Source of the DNA: Candidatus Omnitrophota bacterium
Lineage (GTDB): Bacteria; Omnitrophota; Omnitrophia; Omnitrophales; Aquincolibacteriaceae
Assembly (NCBI GenBank): GCA_903856085.1
Contig: CAIOAT010000044.1
Coordinates: 25,402-89,401 of the forward strand
Length of the DNA: 64,000 bases
Reading direction: 5' to 3'
Position 1 is the stretch's first letter; each line of letters starts with the position of its first letter. The position numbers were made by a program, and so were the translations under genes. This document shows, one piece after another, positions 1 to 11,892 of the stretch. Below the pieces are notes generated by a model. It was given only the letters and a program-made list of their open reading frames with translations, did not search any database and was not told the origin of the DNA.

Positions 1-1
1 A

Positions 2-895
2 AAGAATGCCCGTGCGTTCATGCTGCTTGCCATCATGCTTTTGATGACGGTCTATCTTCCTGTGATCGGACATTCGGCGGGCGGGGCACGGCGCTGGATC
101 CACATCGGAGGATTCCAGTTCCAGCCCGTGGAGTTCGCGAAACTGGCCTGTTGCATCTATCTGGCGGATTATATTGGACGGAAGATCGCCTGGGTACAAA
201 AGGGGGATGTCCGGGTATTTGTCCCACCGCTTATCTTGATCGGTTTTGTATGTGGTCTGACGCTTCTTGAACCGGACCTGGGTTCTGTGGCGTTCATCGT
301 CATGATGACTTCGGTCATTCTCTTTGTTTCGGGCCTTCAATTGCGTTATGTCTTTGGCGCCCTGGCGATTTTGATGCCGGCTCTGTATTTTTTGATCATT
401 CGCGTGCCGTATCGTCTGAGTCGTCTTGAGGCTTATCTGAATCCGTGGGAAGATCCTCAGGGGTCCGGTTTCCAGATCATCCAATCTTTTCTGGCATTTG
501 CTTCCGGCGGGGTACATGGAGTGGGGCTCGGACAGAGCACGCAAAAACTTTTTTATCTTCCCTCAAGCCATAACGATTTTATCCTCGCGGTAATCGGAGA
601 AGAGCTCGGGCTTATCGGCATTATGTTTGTGGTGGCTCTTTATATCCTGTTTTTTGTCTGCTGCATCCGGATGGCGCGAAGGGCGGATCAGCCGTTTGAG
701 AAGCTCTTGATCACGTCGATTACCCTTCTCATTATTTTGCAAACCGTGATCCATATGATGGTCGCGACCGGCCTTGTTCCGACCAAAGGGTTGCCATTAC
801 CTTTTATCAGCTATGGCGGAAGTTCGATCGTCGTGAATTTGATCGCGGTGGGCATTCTCGTGGCAATCGATCGTCGCAAACGCCACAGTATCTAA
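2..895 (+). CDS. ftsW: Cell division SEDS protein FtsW (5'-truncated by window edge)
   Basis: GARRWI, FQPVEFAK, EPDLG, GFQIIQS, HNDFI and LPFISYGGSS motifs; frame open from base 2; lies directly upstream of murG. Confidence 0.93.
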   Translation, partial: KNARAFMLLAIMLLMTVYLPVIGHSAGGARRWIHIGGFQFQPVEFAKLACCIYLADYIGRKIAWVQKGDVRVFVPPLILIGFVCGLTLLEPDLGSVAFIVMMTSVILFVSGLQLRYVFGALAILMPALYFLIIRVPYRLSRLEAYLNPWEDPQGSGFQIIQSFLAFASGGVHGVGLGQSTQKLFYLPSSHNDFILAVIGEELGLIGIMFVVALYILFFVCCIRMARRADQPFEKLLITSITLLIILQTVIHMMVATGLVPTKGLPLPFISYGGSSIVVNLIAVGILVAIDRRKRHSI

Positions 896-896
896 C

Positions 897-2028
897 ATGC
901 CGGGAACTTCGGATACTCCAAAGGTCTCATCCCCAGCGATGCGCTTGGTGGTTTACGCCGGCCCCACAGGCGGTCATGTTTTCCCCGCGCAGTCGTTTAG
1001 CGAAGGATTTCGAAAGTACTTTCCGGATTCCCGGATCGATCTCGTTACATGTCGTCGGGCGAAATCCCTTATTGATAAAATGCCGCAGGGAATCTTTCAG
1101 TCGGTCTCGTATCTTCCCGAGTTTGGTTTTCCGGGAGGATTTTCTTGGAAAACTTTAAAGCCGTTTTTTCTTTTCCCGTATCTCCTTCTCCAGGCGTTAC
1201 TTTTTCTAAAGCGGACGAAACCGGATCTTTGTGTCGGGTTTGGAAGTTTCGTGTCGTATCCCGGCATGATGGTCGCGCATGGGCTCAAGATCCCGACGCT
1301 CATCCATGAACAAAACCGGGTTCCTGGAAAGGCCACTCACTGGCTTATACCGCATATGGACGTCGTTGCTGAAAGTTTTGAGGGAACGCGATTTCTTCAA
1401 AAACCAAAAATTCTTCATACGATCGGGTTACCTCTGCGGTCGTTTATCGTAGATGCGGCGGCGAGAGCGAAGGGGGGGGCGACCCCGCGTCCGTTTACAC
1501 TGCTTGTAGTCGGCGGATCCCAAGGTTCGCAAGGTTTAAATATGATTGTTACGGACGCGATCGCGTCTTTATCGGATGAAGAAAGGTCCAAAATAGCCGT
1601 TATTCATATTACGGGAGAGCGGGATAAAACTTGGGTTGCGGAGCGTTACGAGCAGCTGGTCTTATCCAATGAAGTTCATCCATTTTATAGTGGCATGGAT
1701 GAGCTTTTTCAAAAGGCGGATCTCGCCATTACCCGTGCCGGGGCGAACACGCTTTTTGAGTTGGCGGCATTCGGAGTTCCGGCGTTCGTGATCCCTTACC
1801 CGCATGCGGGGGGCCATCAAAAGTACAATGCTCAAAGCTTCGCGGAAAAAGGCGGGCTGATTTTTCATGATGAGGCCCCTGGGGCGAAGGACTGGCTGGT
1901 CAAACAGTTGAGGAAAACGATCGAAGATCCAGGATCCCTGGCCGAAATCTCGAAGGCGATGAGAGAGGTGGCGAGGCCCAAGGCCACGGAAGAACTTATT
2001 GAAATAGCCCGAAAGTTGATCGAAACCC

Positions 2029-2048
<20 letters not shown>
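897..2048 (+). CDS. murG: Undecaprenyl-PP-MurNAc-pentapeptide GlcNAc transferase MurG
   Basis: TGGH, HEQN, GGSQGS, RAGA and HQxxNA motifs; dcw context; alternative start at 939. Confidence 0.95.
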
Positions 2049-3429
<1,381 letters not shown>

Positions 3430-4250
3430 CGTTCTGCTAGCGCCGCACACGACCCTCCGCATCGGCGGGCCGGCGGCTTATTTTGCCGAGCCGGAGAGCG
3501 AGGAAGAACTTTCCAAGCTTTTGAGCTGGGCCCAACGGGAAGGGATACCCTTTTTTATTTTTGGAAATGGCTCCAACGTGATCTTTGAGGATGCCGGCTA
3601 CGAGGGTCTTGTGATCTCGATGCGTCGTTTCCGGAACGATCTTATCCGAATGGATCTTTATCAATTACAAGTGACGGTCTCCGCGGGCGTGAGCCTAGCG
3701 CGGCTCGTCCGGTTTTGCCAGGAGTCTGGTCTCGCGGGCACCGAGTTTTTGGCGCAAATACCGGGGACAGTCGGGGGAGCGCTTGTGATGAACGCAGGAT
3801 TCAGCCGCCATGGCGGACAACGCAATGAAATCGGGGATCTTGTCCACGAGGTTCGGGCGCTTCAAAAAGATGGAATGCCCGTGACCTTGGGTCGTGAAGA
3901 CTTGAAATTTTCCTACCGACACTCGGGCCTTGAAAAGTATTTGCTTCTGGAAGCGACATTGAAATTGTGGCGTCGGTCGAAGGACCAGATCCAGAATGAG
4001 ATGAAGGCGAATCATGATTTTCGTAAAATGCGGCAGGATATTACGGAGCCGAACGCGGGTTCGATCTTCAAGAATCCTCTCGGACTTTCTCCCGCCGCCG
4101 GAGCTTTGATCGAAAAAGCGGGAATGAAGGGGAAACGGGTCGGCGGGATCCAGGTCTCTGAGCAACACGCGAACTATTTTATAAATTTGGGCAACGCCAC
4201 TTCGGCGGATCTCATCCAACTCATTCAGGAAGTCCAAAAGGCTGTCTTTC

Positions 4251-5207
4251 ATGCAACCGGAATTACTCTCGAACCCGAAATTCACATCGCTCAAAAAAAT
4301 TAAAATCGGAGTGGTGCGCGGCGGCCTTTCGGCCGAACGTCGCATTTCACTCCGTTCTGGCCGTGCCGTGACCCGCGCGCTCAAACGGGTGGGTGTTTCG
4401 GCCTTTCCGATCGATCCTGCTGACCCGAAGACTTTTTCCAGGAAAATTAACGAGGCTGATATTCTTTTTATTGCCCTCCACGGCAAAGGAGGAGAGGATG
4501 GCGTTCTCCAAAAAATGTTGGAGCGGAAACGTCTCACCTTTACGGGGTCACCCTCCAAGGCCTGCGCGAAAAGTTTTGACAAAGGGATCAGCAAGCGCCA
4601 TTTTGAAGAGCTGGGTGTCCCGACGCCGGAATACGCGATTCTCAATAAAAAAAATTGGCGTAGAGTGGCGGCAGCATTTCCGGCGCCTTATTTTGCCAAG
4701 CCGCTCGACGGAGGGTCCAGTCAGGGCGTGTTCTTAGTTGAAGATTTTCAGGGATCAGCCGAAAGATTAAGACGGTCCGTGTTACGGTTTGGAAGGCTTT
4801 TGATCGAAAAAAAGATTGTTGGCCGGGAATTGACAGCGGGACTTCTCGGGAGTCTGAGACTCCCGATCGTGGAAGTGAAGCCATTGCGTTCCTTTTACGA
4901 TTATAAAGCAAAATACACCAAGGGCATGACGACCTATGAAGTGCCGGCCAAGATTCCGGTCAAGGTTGCCAGGAAGATCCAGGCCATCGCCTATCGGGTT
5001 TACCGGGGTCTCGGGCTTAAAGGATTTTCGAGAGTAGATGTGATGTTGGATCAAAAGAACCGGCCGTATGTGCTGGAAGTGAACAGCATCCCCGGGCTCA
5101 CGGAATTCAGTCTCCTGCCGAAAGCGGCGCGGTCGGTCGGGATCAGTTTTGAGGAATTATGTTTACGGGTTCTTCGGGATGCTTATGAACAAAAAGGAAA
5201 GAAATAA
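4251..5207 (+). CDS. ddl: D-alanine--D-alanine ligase
   Basis: GGLSAERxISLRSG, ALHGxGGEDG, FYDYKAKY and LEVNSIPG motifs. Confidence 0.95.
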   Translation: MQPELLSNPKFTSLKKIKIGVVRGGLSAERRISLRSGRAVTRALKRVGVSAFPIDPADPKTFSRKINEADILFIALHGKGGEDGVLQKMLERKRLTFTGSPSKACAKSFDKGISKRHFEELGVPTPEYAILNKKNWRRVAAAFPAPYFAKPLDGGSSQGVFLVEDFQGSAERLRRSVLRFGRLLIEKKIVGRELTAGLLGSLRLPIVEVKPLRSFYDYKAKYTKGMTTYEVPAKIPVKVARKIQAIAYRVYRGLGLKGFSRVDVMLDQKNRPYVLEVNSIPGLTEFSLLPKAARSVGISFEELCLRVLRDAYEQKGKK

Positions 5208-5213
5208 TCTTCC

Positions 5214-6029
5214 ATGGGTAAGAAAAAATTCAAAAAAGGTAAAAAAGGATGGTTTTTTTCCGCGCTTGGTGCGATGTTCCGCGGGATCTTCTGGATTCTC
5301 TGGAAATTACTTCCGGTCGTGGTCATTGCCGGGGTGCTGACCTATGCCGGATTTGCCGTGAAGAAAGGTCTGTGCGAAGATCGTTGGCTCAGGGTTCAGG
5401 AGATCCGGATCGTTCCACCGGATGTTCTTTCCCCTCAAAGTATTCGTACGCTCGAGGAAAAGATCCTTGGCAAGAATATCCTGCTGCTTGATCTGAAAAA
5501 GATCGAAAGTACAATAGAGCTCGGACCAGGCGCGCAAAGTGTGCGTGTCGTTCGCGAGATGCCGACAACGATCCGTATCGAGATCAAGAAACGCAGGCCT
5601 ATCGCGAACGTGCAGTTGAGACCCGGAGGCCCGTATGCGATCACGTCAGATGACGGATTTATCATCGATAGCCGTCCGGCCCTCGATCCCGCATGGATCC
5701 TCGTTGAGGATTTCAGCGAATCATTCAAAGAGCCCCGGATCGGCGCGCGTCTTCAGAACAAAGGTTTTGCGGAGGCGCTGCGGTTCATGAAGGCTTTCCG
5801 GAGTCATGAGCTTGCGCGTCGCGAAACCGTGACCCGCATCAGTCTGGATCCGAACGGGTATGTTACGATTAAGCTTGGGGAAGGACCGGATTTTAAGCTG
5901 GGTCGCAAAGCCTCCGAGTGCATCAATGCCTTGACCAATGCCGTCTATCTTTTAAAAACCGAGCCGCGCGAGAATATCGAATACATGGATTTGCAATACG
6001 ACCGCGTCGCAGTTAAGAGGAAATTATGA
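5214..6029 (+). CDS. ftsQ: Cell division protein FtsQ/DivIB
   Basis: Basic N-terminus, one TM helix, POTRA-like segment, C-terminal YMDLQY; located between ddl and ftsA. Confidence 0.85.
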   Translation: MGKKKFKKGKKGWFFSALGAMFRGIFWILWKLLPVVVIAGVLTYAGFAVKKGLCEDRWLRVQEIRIVPPDVLSPQSIRTLEEKILGKNILLLDLKKIESTIELGPGAQSVRVVREMPTTIRIEIKKRRPIANVQLRPGGPYAITSDDGFIIDSRPALDPAWILVEDFSESFKEPRIGARLQNKGFAEALRFMKAFRSHELARRETVTRISLDPNGYVTIKLGEGPDFKLGRKASECINALTNAVYLLKTEPRENIEYMDLQYDRVAVKRKL

Positions 6030-7276
6030 GTCTCCCTGTTGATATGAAAAACAAATGCGTGGTGGTTTATATCGGCACCCGGAAGCTCGTGGTGATGTTG
6101 GGGGATACGGGAAGCAGTAATCCGCAGGTGCTCCGTCATGAAGAAACCCTCTTCCCTGAAGGTTTTGAAAAGGGATTGGTTTCGAATCTCCAGAACGCGA
6201 GTGCCTCACTTGAAAAGTTGATGAAGGTGCTCTTGCCGCCTGAGGCCTGGGAACAGGTTTCGATCTATGTGGTGCTTGGGAACAGCCGTTTCAAGATGTA
6301 TCGTTTCTCAAGCTGCGAATATTATTCTCCCGAACGGCGTACGATCAGTTCTCATGAGGTTCAGTCCGTGGTTCAGCAGACGCGGAATGTGGCGACGCTT
6401 CCCCTGAACGAATCGATCTTGCAGGCTATTCCAGAATCTTTCCTTGTCAACGACATGCCGGCGGTGCGCAATCCCATAGGCCTTGAGGCCGAGCGCCTCG
6501 GTGTGACGCTACAGATCTACACCATGGAATTCCAAGCCTTTCGCAATATTGCCAAGATCTTTGAGACGCTAGATCTCGATGTGGAGGGTTATTTCCCAAA
6601 GATCCTGCCGCTTTCCGAGGCTGTGTTGGGGGATGCCGAGAAGCAGGAAGGGGGCATGATCCTGGACATTGCAGATGATGCGACCCAGCTAGTGCTTTGG
6701 AAGAATGGCCTTTTGGCCGGAGTGCGGACACTTCCGATGGGCGGACATTATCTTACCCAGTGCTTGGCCAAGGATTGGAATATCGAGGAGCGGGATGCTG
6801 AGAAGGTGAAAGAAAAATTTGCGACGCTCGACATCCGTGAGCAGGAAAGCGAAGAGTTGGTGCCGCTTGTGACGCGTAACGAAAAAGTCCAGCAATCCAT
6901 CTCGCGCAAGGAATTCCTCCAGAAATTTTTCAAACATGCGCATGGATGGATGACCAAAATCCTGGAGTCCGCCGATGGATTCATGCAAGATGAGAAGGTC
7001 CGTTATCCGCACATTCTTTTCACGGGAGGGGCGGTGATGACGGAAGGTTTTCTCGAATGGGTCCAGAAAGAATTCTCGCGCGACGGGAAGCTTGGGATCT
7101 CACGCCATGTCGAAGCTCAACAGGAACTTGTCCGCGATCCGTCCATGGCGTCCGCCCTGGGCATGTTCCGGTGGATTATGACTTACAAGCGTTCCCAGGA
7201 GGCGCTCTTCACCCCGCGTGGTCTCGTCGCCAAGACCGCCGCCGCTGTTCGGGCTTGGATCACGAACTACTTCTAA
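6026..7276 (+). CDS. ftsA: Divergent cell division protein FtsA
   Basis: Actin-like layout, SHS2-like segment (FLVND...NPIGLEAERL), TGG motif, C-terminal amphipathic helix ending in F; ATP-binding motifs are degenerate. Confidence 0.85.
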   Translation: MSLPVDMKNKCVVVYIGTRKLVVMLGDTGSSNPQVLRHEETLFPEGFEKGLVSNLQNASASLEKLMKVLLPPEAWEQVSIYVVLGNSRFKMYRFSSCEYYSPERRTISSHEVQSVVQQTRNVATLPLNESILQAIPESFLVNDMPAVRNPIGLEAERLGVTLQIYTMEFQAFRNIAKIFETLDLDVEGYFPKILPLSEAVLGDAEKQEGGMILDIADDATQLVLWKNGLLAGVRTLPMGGHYLTQCLAKDWNIEERDAEKVKEKFATLDIREQESEELVPLVTRNEKVQQSISRKEFLQKFFKHAHGWMTKILESADGFMQDEKVRYPHILFTGGAVMTEGFLEWVQKEFSRDGKLGISRHVEAQQELVRDPSMASALGMFRWIMTYKRSQEALFTPRGLVAKTAAAVRAWITNYF

Positions 7277-7458
7277 AAGCGGTCCGGTAGTACGGCCTGC
7301 TAAGCAGCCATTAAGATGCAAAGAAAGCTTGGGACAGTACTCATTTTCAATGGAACTTACAGCCCAAAGCAAGCGCGTACGGAGCAAAAGCGAAAAATTA
7401 CGACCCCTTGTGTCACCCGCCGTAAAAATTCGGGCTTTTCTTTTCTCCTCTAAACTTC

Positions 7459-7464
7459 TATAAT
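7459..7464 (+). promoter_or_regulatory. Putative -10 box upstream of gcvT
   Basis: TATAAT about 40 bp before the gcvT start; no clear -35 box. Confidence 0.35.
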
Positions 7465-7505
7465 GCGGTCTTCCTAGTTTCAAATTCAACCCGGCTTTTT
7501 CCCAT

Positions 7506-8603
7506 ATGACCATGATGTTAGAGACAGAACCGACGAAGCTTCCTCTGCACGAAGAGCATCTTCAAAAAGGCGCCCGGATGGGCGATTTTGGGGGATGGCT
7601 TGTCCCGCTTTTTTACTCGAGCATCATGGAAGAGCATACCGCTGTCCGTACGAAAGCCGGCATTTTTGATATATCTCACATGGGGGAATTTCTGCTCGAA
7701 GGTCCCGGTGCCCTGGACTATCTTGAGAAAAATCTTCCCAGAAGGATCACACCCGTTAGGCTCGGGCAAGCGATCTATATGCCCCTCGTCAATGACCAGG
7801 GCGGCATGGTGGATGACATTATCGTTTATCGCATGGCCGAGCAAAAATTCCTCATCATTGTGAATGCCGGCAATATCGAAAAAGATTTTGATTGGTTCAA
7901 CGCTCGCGTGACGCCAGGCGTGACGCTTACGAATTTGAGTGACGAGATGGGACTTTTGGCGCTTCAAGGGCCGCTTAGTCAAACGATTCTCCTCGAATGT
8001 TTTGGGGCTTTTTATAAGGATCTTCGCCGTTTTCACTATAAGGATTTTGAGGGGGGCGTGATCGCTCGGACGGGGTATACCGGTGAAGATGGCTACGAGA
8101 TTATGGTCCCCAAACATAAGCTCAAACAGATTTGGGATGTTCTGTTCCTCGTGGGGGCGAAACACGGGCTTTTGCCGATTGGTTTCGGAGCGCGTGACAC
8201 GTTGCGTTTGGAAGCTGCGATGCCCCTTTACGGGCATGAGCTCTCAGACGAGCTCACGCCGCTTGAGGCGGATCTGGAGTGGGCGATCGATCTCACGAAA
8301 GAAAATTTCCCGGGCAGTGCGGTCCTCAAAAAGCAGAAAGAGACTGGAATCCTAAAAAAAAGAGTCGGTTTTGAAATGACCGAACGTGGCATTCCTCGTC
8401 AGGGTTTTGAGATCCAAAAAGAGGGCAAAACGATCGGGGCAGTTACAAGCGGCAGTTTTATCCCGACCACGGGCAAAAATATCGGCATGGCTTATGTGAC
8501 GGCAGCAGAGGCGAAGACCGGCAACGCGATCGACGTGATGGTGCGCGGGAAACCCGTCAAGGCTGTTCTGGTTTCACTACCTTTTTACAAACGAAAAGGG
8601 TAG
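7506..8603 (+). CDS. gcvT: Glycine cleavage system aminomethyltransferase T
   Basis: FDISHMGE, RTGYTGEDGYE and GARDTLRLEA motifs. Confidence 0.97.
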   Translation: MTMMLETEPTKLPLHEEHLQKGARMGDFGGWLVPLFYSSIMEEHTAVRTKAGIFDISHMGEFLLEGPGALDYLEKNLPRRITPVRLGQAIYMPLVNDQGGMVDDIIVYRMAEQKFLIIVNAGNIEKDFDWFNARVTPGVTLTNLSDEMGLLALQGPLSQTILLECFGAFYKDLRRFHYKDFEGGVIARTGYTGEDGYEIMVPKHKLKQIWDVLFLVGAKHGLLPIGFGARDTLRLEAAMPLYGHELSDELTPLEADLEWAIDLTKENFPGSAVLKKQKETGILKKRVGFEMTERGIPRQGFEIQKEGKTIGAVTSGSFIPTTGKNIGMAYVTAAEAKTGNAIDVMVRGKPVKAVLVSLPFYKRKG

Positions 8604-8654
8604 AATACCGCCGTTCACCCCTGAAATTTCTGACATTCTTAACCGGAGGCTATC

Positions 8655-9047
8655 ATGGATTTTCCTGAAAATTTGCGCTATACCAAGACCCACGAGTGGA
8701 TTGCTGTGCAGGGCACCAAGGCCAAGGTCGGCGTGACCGAATACGCGCAAAAAGAGATTTCGGATGTTGTGTTTGTGGAATTGCCGAAAATGGGTCAGGT
8801 CGTCCAGCAGGCCAAGATGGCGGCGGTCGTGGAATCGGTTAAAGCGGCGTTCGATATCTACGCGCCGGTCTCCGGCAAGATCACCAACGCGAATAAAGCG
8901 CTTGAATCCAATCCTGCTCTCATCAATCAAAGTCCTTACGCGGAAGGCTGGATCTTTGAGCTGGAGCTTTCCAGTCCTGCCGAACTTGGTACTCTTATGA
9001 CGGCCGCACAGTATCATGAGGCTGTCCAGCAAGCCCCTAAACACTAA
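8655..9047 (+). CDS. gcvH: Glycine cleavage system H protein
   Basis: YTKTHEW, VESVKAA lipoyl-Lys motif and INQSPY; GGAGG RBS. Confidence 0.97.
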   Translation: MDFPENLRYTKTHEWIAVQGTKAKVGVTEYAQKEISDVVFVELPKMGQVVQQAKMAAVVESVKAAFDIYAPVSGKITNANKALESNPALINQSPYAEGWIFELELSSPAELGTLMTAAQYHEAVQQAPKH

Positions 9048-9061
9048 ACTGAAAAGTTCTC

Positions 9062-10399
9062 ATGCCCTACCTTTCGCTCACCGAAGAAGAAAAAAAATCC
9101 ATGCTTGGGGAGATCGGTGTTCGCTCGTTTGACGAGCTGATCAAGGATATTCCGGTCTCGCTGCGTGATCCCAAGATTCTTCTTTCGCCCTCTTTAAGCG
9201 AACCCGAAGTCCAGGATTTGATCTCGAAGCTCGGGCGCAAGAACACTACGACCCGAGATGCCCTTTCATTTCTTGGCGCGGGAAGTTATGAGCATTTTAT
9301 CCCGGCCGCGGCAATTGAGATCGTCGGGCGCCAGGAATTCATGACGGCCTACACGCCTTATCAGCCCGAGGCTTCGCAGGGGACCTTGCAGGCCATCTAT
9401 GAATACCAAAGTCTCATGACAGAGCTCACTGGGCTGGATGTCTCCAATGCCTCCCATTATGATGGTGCTACAAGTCTTGCGGAAGCTGCACTTGTTGCTC
9501 TCAAGCACACAGACCGTTTGAAACTTCTTGTCGCGCGCTCATTGCATCCTCATTATCGGGAAACGATACGCACTTATCTTGCGGGGACGCCTTACAAGGT
9601 TGAGGAACTTGGCTTTGACGTAAAAGGAAATTTCAATCGGGAAGAGCTTACCGCCAAGCTCGACGCGAGCGTCGCCGGTGTCATTTTCCAGACCCCCAAT
9701 TTCTTTGGCAATGTAGAGGATCTTGAAGGCATCAGCGAACAACTCCACGCGAATGGTTCGCTTATGATCCTTACCGCGAATCCTTTATCGCTCGGCCTTT
9801 TTAAGTCGCCAGGCGAATGGGGTGCGGACATTGCGGCGGGAGAAGGGCAGCCGCTCGGTCTTTCTATGGAGTTCGGGGGCCCTTATCTGGGGTATTTTGT
9901 GACCACTCAGGCTTTGATGCGGCGCATTCCGGGAAGATTGGCGGGCCTTACCGAAGACGCAGACGGGAAACGAGCGTTCTGTCTGACTCTTCAGGCGCGC
10001 GAACAGCATATCCGCCGCGAACGAGCGAGTTCCAACATCTGCAGCAATCAGGCACTTTGCGCCTTGGCCGCGTGCGCTTACATGACGCTTCTCGGGAAAA
10101 AAGGCATTCGTGAGATTGCTGAGATCAATTGGGATCGGGCGAATTATTTACGGCAGAAGATCTCAAAACTCAAGAATTTTGAAGTCGATTCCGGATCGAT
10201 CATTTTCAATGAATTTCGGGTCAAGTCGAAGAAGCCGTTCGCTAGAATCGAAGAAAAACTGATGGCCCAGGGTATTTTCCCAGGAGTCGCGCTTGAGCTT
10301 TTCTATCCCGAGTTGAAAGACCAGTTTCTTGTCTGTGCGACCGAGACGAAATCCAAAGAGGCTCTTGACCGGTTTGTGGAGGCCTTAGCTAAATGTTGA
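9062..10399 (+). CDS. gcvPA: Glycine dehydrogenase subunit 1
   Basis: TAYTPYQPEASQG, NASHYDG and REQHIRRERASSNICSNQ motifs. Confidence 0.97.
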   Translation: MPYLSLTEEEKKSMLGEIGVRSFDELIKDIPVSLRDPKILLSPSLSEPEVQDLISKLGRKNTTTRDALSFLGAGSYEHFIPAAAIEIVGRQEFMTAYTPYQPEASQGTLQAIYEYQSLMTELTGLDVSNASHYDGATSLAEAALVALKHTDRLKLLVARSLHPHYRETIRTYLAGTPYKVEELGFDVKGNFNREELTAKLDASVAGVIFQTPNFFGNVEDLEGISEQLHANGSLMILTANPLSLGLFKSPGEWGADIAAGEGQPLGLSMEFGGPYLGYFVTTQALMRRIPGRLAGLTEDADGKRAFCLTLQAREQHIRRERASSNICSNQALCALAACAYMTLLGKKGIREIAEINWDRANYLRQKISKLKNFEVDSGSIIFNEFRVKSKKPFARIEEKLMAQGIFPGVALELFYPELKDQFLVCATETKSKEALDRFVEALAKC

Positions 10400-11892
10400 T
10401 CTCCCTGGACGATCGCCTCAGTTTTGAAAAGAGCAAGCCAGGTCGCCGGGCGGTGAGCCTTCCCAAAGGGCGTTTCTCGGACGGAGATTCCCTCAGGAGT
10501 ATTCCCAAGGGCCTTTTGCGCCAGACTTCTATCGGTTTTCCGGAACTTAGCGAGCCCGATATTGTTCGGCATTTCATCAATCTCTCGCGAAAGAATTTTT
10601 CCGTCGATACGCATTTTTATCCGCTCGGAAGCTGCACCATGAAATACAATCCTAAAGTGAATGAATGGGCGGCCCGGCAGGAGAAATTCACTGCCCTGCA
10701 CCCGCTTCAATCCGATGCGACCGTGCAAGGGATGCTGCAGATTCTTTGGGAGCTCGAGGAAGGCCTAAAAGAGATCTCGGGGATGGACCGTTTCACGTTG
10801 CAGCCTGCGGCCGGCGCGCATGGAGAGTTGACGGGGATGATGCTGGTTCGGGCGTACCACGCCGCTCACGGTGGGCCCACGCGCACCAAAGTGCTTGTTC
10901 CGGATTCCAGTCACGGGACCAATCCGGCGAGTGCCGCGCTTTTTGGATATCACGTGGTTGAGATCAAATCCAATAGCCACGGGTGCGTGGATCTTGAAGA
11001 TTTGAAGCAACATCTGGATGAGCATGTGGCATGTCTTATGCTGACCAATCCGAACACGTTAGGACTTTTTGAAAAGAATATTCTCGAGATCACGAAACTC
11101 GTGCATCAGCACGGCGGACTTCTTTACTATGATGGTGCTAATCTGAATCCGCTCCTTGGGATCGCCCGGCCAGGCGACATGGGTTTTGACATCATTCACA
11201 TCAATCTCCACAAGACTTTTTCGACTCCGCACGGCGGTGGCGGGCCGGGTGCCGGGCCTGTAGGCGTGAAGAAACATTTGATACCGTTCCTCCCGGGTCC
11301 TCTTGTGGAACAGACCAAAAAAGGTTACGCCTGGGCCTCGCATAGTTCGCAATCGATCGGACGCGTCAAACTCTTCCACGGGAATGTCGGGGTCATGATC
11401 CGTGCTTATGCTTATTTGAAGACACTAGGCAAAGAAGGCCTCCGGAAAGTGAGCGAGGCTGCGATCCTGAACGCCAATTACATGAAAGAAATGCTCAAGG
11501 ACACTTTTAGGGTTGCGACCCAGGGGCCATGCATGCACGAGTTCGTGCTGTCGCTCAAGTCTTTTGCCGCTCAAGGTGTTCATGCGGGGGATGTGGGGAA
11601 GCGCCTTTTGGATTTCGGTTTTCACGCGCCGACGGTCCATTTCCCGCTTGTGGTTCCCGAGGCTCTTATGATCGAGCCCACAGAGACTGAAGCTCGTGAA
11701 ACTCTGGATCTTTTCATTGAGGCGATGAAAGAGATCGCCCGCGAGATTGTGACCGATCCCGAAAAAGTGAAAACCGCGCCGCACACGCTTCCGGTGCGCC
11801 GTCCCAACGATGTTCTCGCCGCGCGCAAGCCCATTCTCTCTTACCGCGATCAAGTTCGGGAAAAAGTGCTGTTGGCTGAAGCTGCAGCATGA
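10393..11892 (+). CDS. gcvPB: Glycine dehydrogenase subunit 2
   Basis: YPLGSCTMKYNP, LQPAAGAHGE and NLHKTFSTPHGGGGPG (PLP lysine) motifs. Confidence 0.97.
   Translation: MLISLDDRLSFEKSKPGRRAVSLPKGRFSDGDSLRSIPKGLLRQTSIGFPELSEPDIVRHFINLSRKNFSVDTHFYPLGSCTMKYNPKVNEWAARQEKFTALHPLQSDATVQGMLQILWELEEGLKEISGMDRFTLQPAAGAHGELTGMMLVRAYHAAHGGPTRTKVLVPDSSHGTNPASAALFGYHVVEIKSNSHGCVDLEDLKQHLDEHVACLMLTNPNTLGLFEKNILEITKLVHQHGGLLYYDGANLNPLLGIARPGDMGFDIIHINLHKTFSTPHGGGGPGAGPVGVKKHLIPFLPGPLVEQTKKGYAWASHSSQSIGRVKLFHGNVGVMIRAYAYLKTLGKEGLRKVSEAAILNANYMKEMLKDTFRVATQGPCMHEFVLSLKSFAAQGVHAGDVGKRLLDFGFHAPTVHFPLVVPEALMIEPTETEARETLDLFIEAMKEIAREIVTDPEKVKTAPHTLPVRRPNDVLAARKPILSYRDQVREKVLLAEAAA

Noticed and set aside
7277-7505. 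Possible glycine riboswitch upstream of gcvT
   Set aside because: The conserved GGAGA/CCGAAG/CTCTCAGG elements are not visible
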